DNA of 64,000 bases from an uncultured Clostridia bacterium (lineage in GTDB: Bacteria; Bacillota; Clostridia; Christensenellales; CALVMC01), in assembly GCA_944342015.1 (NCBI GenBank), contig CALVMC010000003.1:88708-152707 (forward strand). Reading direction: 5' to 3'. A program made the translations under genes and the position numbers. This document shows, piece by piece, positions 60,413 to 64,000 of the stretch (within the stretch, counting starts at the first letter, position 1; each line of letters begins with the position of its first letter). The notes beneath the pieces were generated by a model. The model ran no database searches. It had not been told where the DNA came from and saw only the letters and a program-made list of their open reading frames with translations.

Positions 60413-61925
60413 GAGTATTTTTGATAAAGTTTATAACCCCGATGTTCTTTCATGTTTGTCTAACTTATCCAATGACGAAGTATTTACCCCGCCCGAAATT
60501 GTAAATCAAATGTTGGACTTGCTGCCACAAGAGTTATTTTGCAATCCCGATACTAAATTTTTGGATCCTGCTTGCAAAACAGGAGTATTTTTGCGAGAGA
60601 TAGCAAAACGCTTGATAAAAGGATTAGAGCCTCAATTTCCTGACTTACAGCAACGCATAGACCACATATTCCACGATCAATTATACGGCATAGCTATTAC
60701 AGAATTGACCAGTCTATTGTCACGCCGTGGAGTATATTGTAGCAAATATCCAAATAGCGAATTTTCTGTAAGTAAATTTGATACTGCCGAAGGAAACATT
60801 CGATTTAAAAAAATCCCACATAAATGGAAAGACGGAAGATGTATTTTTTGCGGTGCAAATAAAGAACAATATGACCGTGCAGTCGATTTAGAATCGCATG
60901 CTTATGAATTTATCCATACCCATAACACCGAGGAGATTTTTAATATGAAATTTGACGTTATAATAAGCAATCCGCCGTATCAATTAAATGTGGGAAGCGG
61001 AGGAAAAGGATCAGGCACAGCCATTCCAATATATCATCATTTTGTAAACCAAGCTAAAAAATTACAACCTCGCTACTTAACTATGATTATACCTTCACGT
61101 TGGTTTTCTGGTGGAAGAGGTTTAGATACTTTTAGACAAAATATGTTAACAGATAAGAGACTCGCTAAAATTGTCGATTTTTCAGATTCAAAAGATTGCT
61201 TCCCTGGTGTAGATATTGCTGGTGGAGTATGTTATTTTCTTTGGAAAAAAGATCGCGATCCAAAAAATCCTCTTTGCGAAATTGTTAACTGTTACAAAAA
61301 TTCTAAAAATGCTGAAGTAAGAAATCCTATGGAATTTAATGTCTTTATAAGAGATAATAAGGCTATAGATATAGTAAAAAAAGTATTATCATTAAATGAA
61401 CTAACTTTAAATAAAATCGTAAGACCAGTATCACTTTATGGCTTAAATACTAACATTACTTTGCAACAAAATGGAGAAATTGCTGTAAGACATAGTGGAG
61501 GCCTTGGTTATTGTTCAAAGTCTGTCATACGAGCCGGTTTAGAAACTATTGACAAATACAAAGTTTATATTTCTGCAGCATCATATGACCACGCAGGTCA
61601 ACCCGACAAAGATGGAAAACGTAGAATACTATCAATCGTCGATATATTAGAACCTGATACAATTTGCACATCTACTTATATTGTAGTAGATGTATTCGAT
61701 AAAAAATCAGAGGCAATAAATTTAATTAATTATTTAAAAACTAAGTTTGTAAGATTTTTATTATCACAAATATGTATCTCTCAGCATATAAGCAGAGAAA
61801 CTTTCGCTTTTGTTCCCAAACAAGATTTCTCAAAACCTTGGACTGATGAAGAATTATATGCAAAATACAACCTAACACAAGATGAGATAAATTTTATCGA
61901 ATCAATGATAAAGCCTATGGAGTAA
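60405..61925 (+). CDS. Eco57I-like amino (N6-adenine) DNA methyltransferase with target-recognition domain
   Basis: Start reassigned to ATG 60405 (AGGAG RBS); DEVFTP, FLDPACKTG, FDVIISNPPY, IIPSRW. Confidence 0.88.
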   Translation: MAESIFDKVYNPDVLSCLSNLSNDEVFTPPEIVNQMLDLLPQELFCNPDTKFLDPACKTGVFLREIAKRLIKGLEPQFPDLQQRIDHIFHDQLYGIAITELTSLLSRRGVYCSKYPNSEFSVSKFDTAEGNIRFKKIPHKWKDGRCIFCGANKEQYDRAVDLESHAYEFIHTHNTEEIFNMKFDVIISNPPYQLNVGSGGKGSGTAIPIYHHFVNQAKKLQPRYLTMIIPSRWFSGGRGLDTFRQNMLTDKRLAKIVDFSDSKDCFPGVDIAGGVCYFLWKKDRDPKNPLCEIVNCYKNSKNAEVRNPMEFNVFIRDNKAIDIVKKVLSLNELTLNKIVRPVSLYGLNTNITLQQNGEIAVRHSGGLGYCSKSVIRAGLETIDKYKVYISAASYDHAGQPDKDGKRRILSIVDILEPDTICTSTYIVVDVFDKKSEAINLINYLKTKFVRFLLSQICISQHISRETFAFVPKQDFSKPWTDEELYAKYNLTQDEINFIESMIKPME

Positions 61926-61929
61926 AATT

Positions 61930-64000
61930 ATGACACAAGATTTTTTTAAGCAAAGACCACAAGTTACACCCACAATATACGCTTATGAACTTGTGGGAGT
62001 AGCTTCGCATAAAGGTTATTTGAAAATAGGATATACGGACAGAAAGGTCGAGACTCGTATCAAGGAACAACTACATACAAGCAGTGTCCCCTATAAAATC
62101 ATACTCAAAGAATCTGCTATGCGAGCTGACGGCACTTGTTTTACTGACCATGACGTGCATGCGATTTTGCGACAGAAGGGATTTTTGCAACTCAATGAAG
62201 GCATAGATAAAAATGAATGGTTTTGTTGTGGTGCAAAAGACGTTTTATCAGCTATTCTGCAATTAAGAGAAGATATAATTTCTGACGAAAACCGTACGGC
62301 TACTTTCAAAATGCGCCCCGAACAAGTAAGAGCTGTCGACAAAACTATATCTTTTTATAATACAGCCAAGCAACAAGAACCTAATAAATCCCCTAAATTT
62401 TTATGGAATGCAAAAATGAGGTTTGGCAAAACTTTTGCATCCTATGAACTCGCAAAGAAAATGGGGCTTAACAAAATACTCGTATTGACGTTCAAGCCTG
62501 CTGTGGAATCTGCTTGGCGTGAAGATTTGATTTCTCATATAGATTTTGAAGGTTGGCAATTTATCTCCAACAAAGACGCTCACAACAATAATATCAATAT
62601 CGACAAACAGTTTGCTTTGGCTGACAAGAGCCGTCCTATTGTAGTATTTGGTTCGTTTCAAGATTTATTAGGCACCAATGACAACGGCGGTATAAAAGCC
62701 AAGAATGAATTTATACATACCACGAATTGGGATTTGGTTATTTTTGACGAATATCATTTCGGTGCTTGGCGAGAAAATGCAAAAAAACTTTTTGAAAACC
62801 CTGACGAAGAAGAAAATGCCGACTTTGACTATGAAGATTATAAACGTACAGAAGCCGACAATGCTTACAACGAAACATTTTTGCCGATATCGACATCGTA
62901 TTATTTGTTTTTGTCTGGAACACCTTTCCGTGCTATAAACAGCGGCGAATTTATCGAAGACCAAATTTACAATTGGACTTATTCTGACGAACAAAGAGCA
63001 AAAGAAAATTGGATTGGTTCAAACAACCCTTATTTGGCATTGCCCCGAATGGTTATGCTTACTTATCGTATTCCCGACAGCATAAGACAAATTGCTCTTC
63101 AAGGCGAATATGACGAGTTTGACTTGAATGTATTTTTCTCAGCAAAAGGCAAAGGTAAAGAAGCGAGATTTGTCTATGAAAACGAAGTGCAAAAATGGCT
63201 TGACCTCATAAGAGGCTCATATTTGCCCTCAAGCATAGATGACCTCAAATTAGGACAGGACAAAAGACCGCCTATGCCTTATTCGGACACAAGACTATTG
63301 AATGTATTATCACATACACTTTGGTTTTTGCCCAATGTGGCATCATGTTATGCCATGGCAAATCTTCTTGCTCAAAAGCAAAACGCTTTCTATCACGATT
63401 ACAAAATAAATGTTTGCGCAGGAACATCCGCAGGTGTTGGACTCGATGCCCTACGCCCCGTTCAAGCATCAATGGGCAATCCGCTGAAGACAAAAACTAT
63501 TACTCTATCTTGCGGTAAACTTACGACCGGCGTAACAATAAGACCTTGGACAGGCATATTTATGCTTCGCAATCTTAAATCTCCCGAGACATATTTTCAA
63601 GCAGCTTTCCGTGTGCAAAGTCCTTGGGAAACTATTGACGATAACGGCAACAGACAAATTATAAAGCACGAATGTTATGTGTTTGACTTTGCTCTCGATA
63701 GAGCTCTTCGCCAAATTTCTGACTACTCGTGCCGTTTGAATGTAGACGAAAGCAATCCCGAAAAGAAAGTAGCTGAATTTATTAGTTTTTTGCCCGTGCT
63801 TGCATATGACGGAAGCACAATGAAGCAAATCAATGCTCAAGATATTCTCGATATTGCAATGGCAGGTACAAGTGCAACATTGCTTGCAAAAAGATGGGAA
63901 TCTGCTCTCCTTGTCAATGTTGACAACGAAACTCTATCGAGACTTTTGAACAACAAAGAAGCACTCGATGCCCTTATGCGTATCGAAGGTTTTCGCTCGC
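61930..64000 (+). CDS. GIY-YIG (T5orf172-like) nuclease fused to SF2 helicase/ATPase, restriction subunit; runs off the right edge
   Basis: Not in the ORF track. MTQDFFKQRPQVTPTIYAY...YLKIGYTDR...NEWF; MRPEQ, NAKMRFGKT (Walker A-like), IFDEYH, LSGTPF, YFQAAFR. Confidence 0.85.
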   Translation, partial: MTQDFFKQRPQVTPTIYAYELVGVASHKGYLKIGYTDRKVETRIKEQLHTSSVPYKIILKESAMRADGTCFTDHDVHAILRQKGFLQLNEGIDKNEWFCCGAKDVLSAILQLREDIISDENRTATFKMRPEQVRAVDKTISFYNTAKQQEPNKSPKFLWNAKMRFGKTFASYELAKKMGLNKILVLTFKPAVESAWREDLISHIDFEGWQFISNKDAHNNNINIDKQFALADKSRPIVVFGSFQDLLGTNDNGGIKAKNEFIHTTNWDLVIFDEYHFGAWRENAKKLFENPDEEENADFDYEDYKRTEADNAYNETFLPISTSYYLFLSGTPFRAINSGEFIEDQIYNWTYSDEQRAKENWIGSNNPYLALPRMVMLTYRIPDSIRQIALQGEYDEFDLNVFFSAKGKGKEARFVYENEVQKWLDLIRGSYLPSSIDDLKLGQDKRPPMPYSDTRLLNVLSHTLWFLPNVASCYAMANLLAQKQNAFYHDYKINVCAGTSAGVGLDALRPVQASMGNPLKTKTITLSCGKLTTGVTIRPWTGIFMLRNLKSPETYFQAAFRVQSPWETIDDNGNRQIIKHECYVFDFALDRALRQISDYSCRLNVDESNPEKKVAEFISFLPVLAYDGSTMKQINAQDILDIAMAGTSATLLAKRWESALLVNVDNETLSRLLNNKEALDALMRIEGFRS

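Noticed and set aside
62091-63840. Short ORFs on both strands at the right end
   Set aside because: Shadows of the long plus-strand nuclease-helicase ORF starting at 61930

Overview
AT-rich chromosomal window from a spore-forming, anaerobic Firmicute (Clostridia-like: spmAB, cwlD, sigH, collagen-like spore protein, hydEFG). Left to right: two CAAX/CPBP proteases and a WalJ/YycJ-like MBL hydrolase; DnaD-domain and DnaC/DnaI helicase-loader genes; tRNA-Thr(GGT) followed by a decayed accessory patch (redox/detox operon, a deletion-fusion, alkD flanked by a 19-bp direct repeat, a truncated OLD-family nuclease); an ABC exporter; a 14-kb Wzx/Wzy polysaccharide locus with the WbpA/B/E/D diacetamido-uronic acid pathway and a glycosyltransferase-aminotransferase fusion; a CiaRH-like two-component system; two large paralogous lipoproteins; the [FeFe]-hydrogenase maturation operon; rsmA-tatD-metG; spmAB-mrnC-thyX-rlmB-sigH; cwlD; a DnaA-box cluster; tRNA-Arg(ACG); and a defence island (AAA ATPase + subtilase, XRE regulator, two methyltransferases and a GIY-YIG/SF2 helicase running off the edge). 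The strongest unannotated signals are non-coding: (1) an ~85-nt sRNA with C-rich/anti-Shine-Dalgarno motifs behind an exact CiaR-type box (TTTAAG-N5-TTTAAG-N10-[-10]) next to the CiaRH-like genes, with two more boxes nearby, i.e. a candidate csRNA-like regulon outside streptococci; (2) a structured terminator/antiterminator leader upstream of the hydEFG operon that I cannot assign to a known riboswitch; (3) a DnaA-box cluster with no dnaA gene beside it. All calls were made by eye from sequence motifs; no database searches were run.
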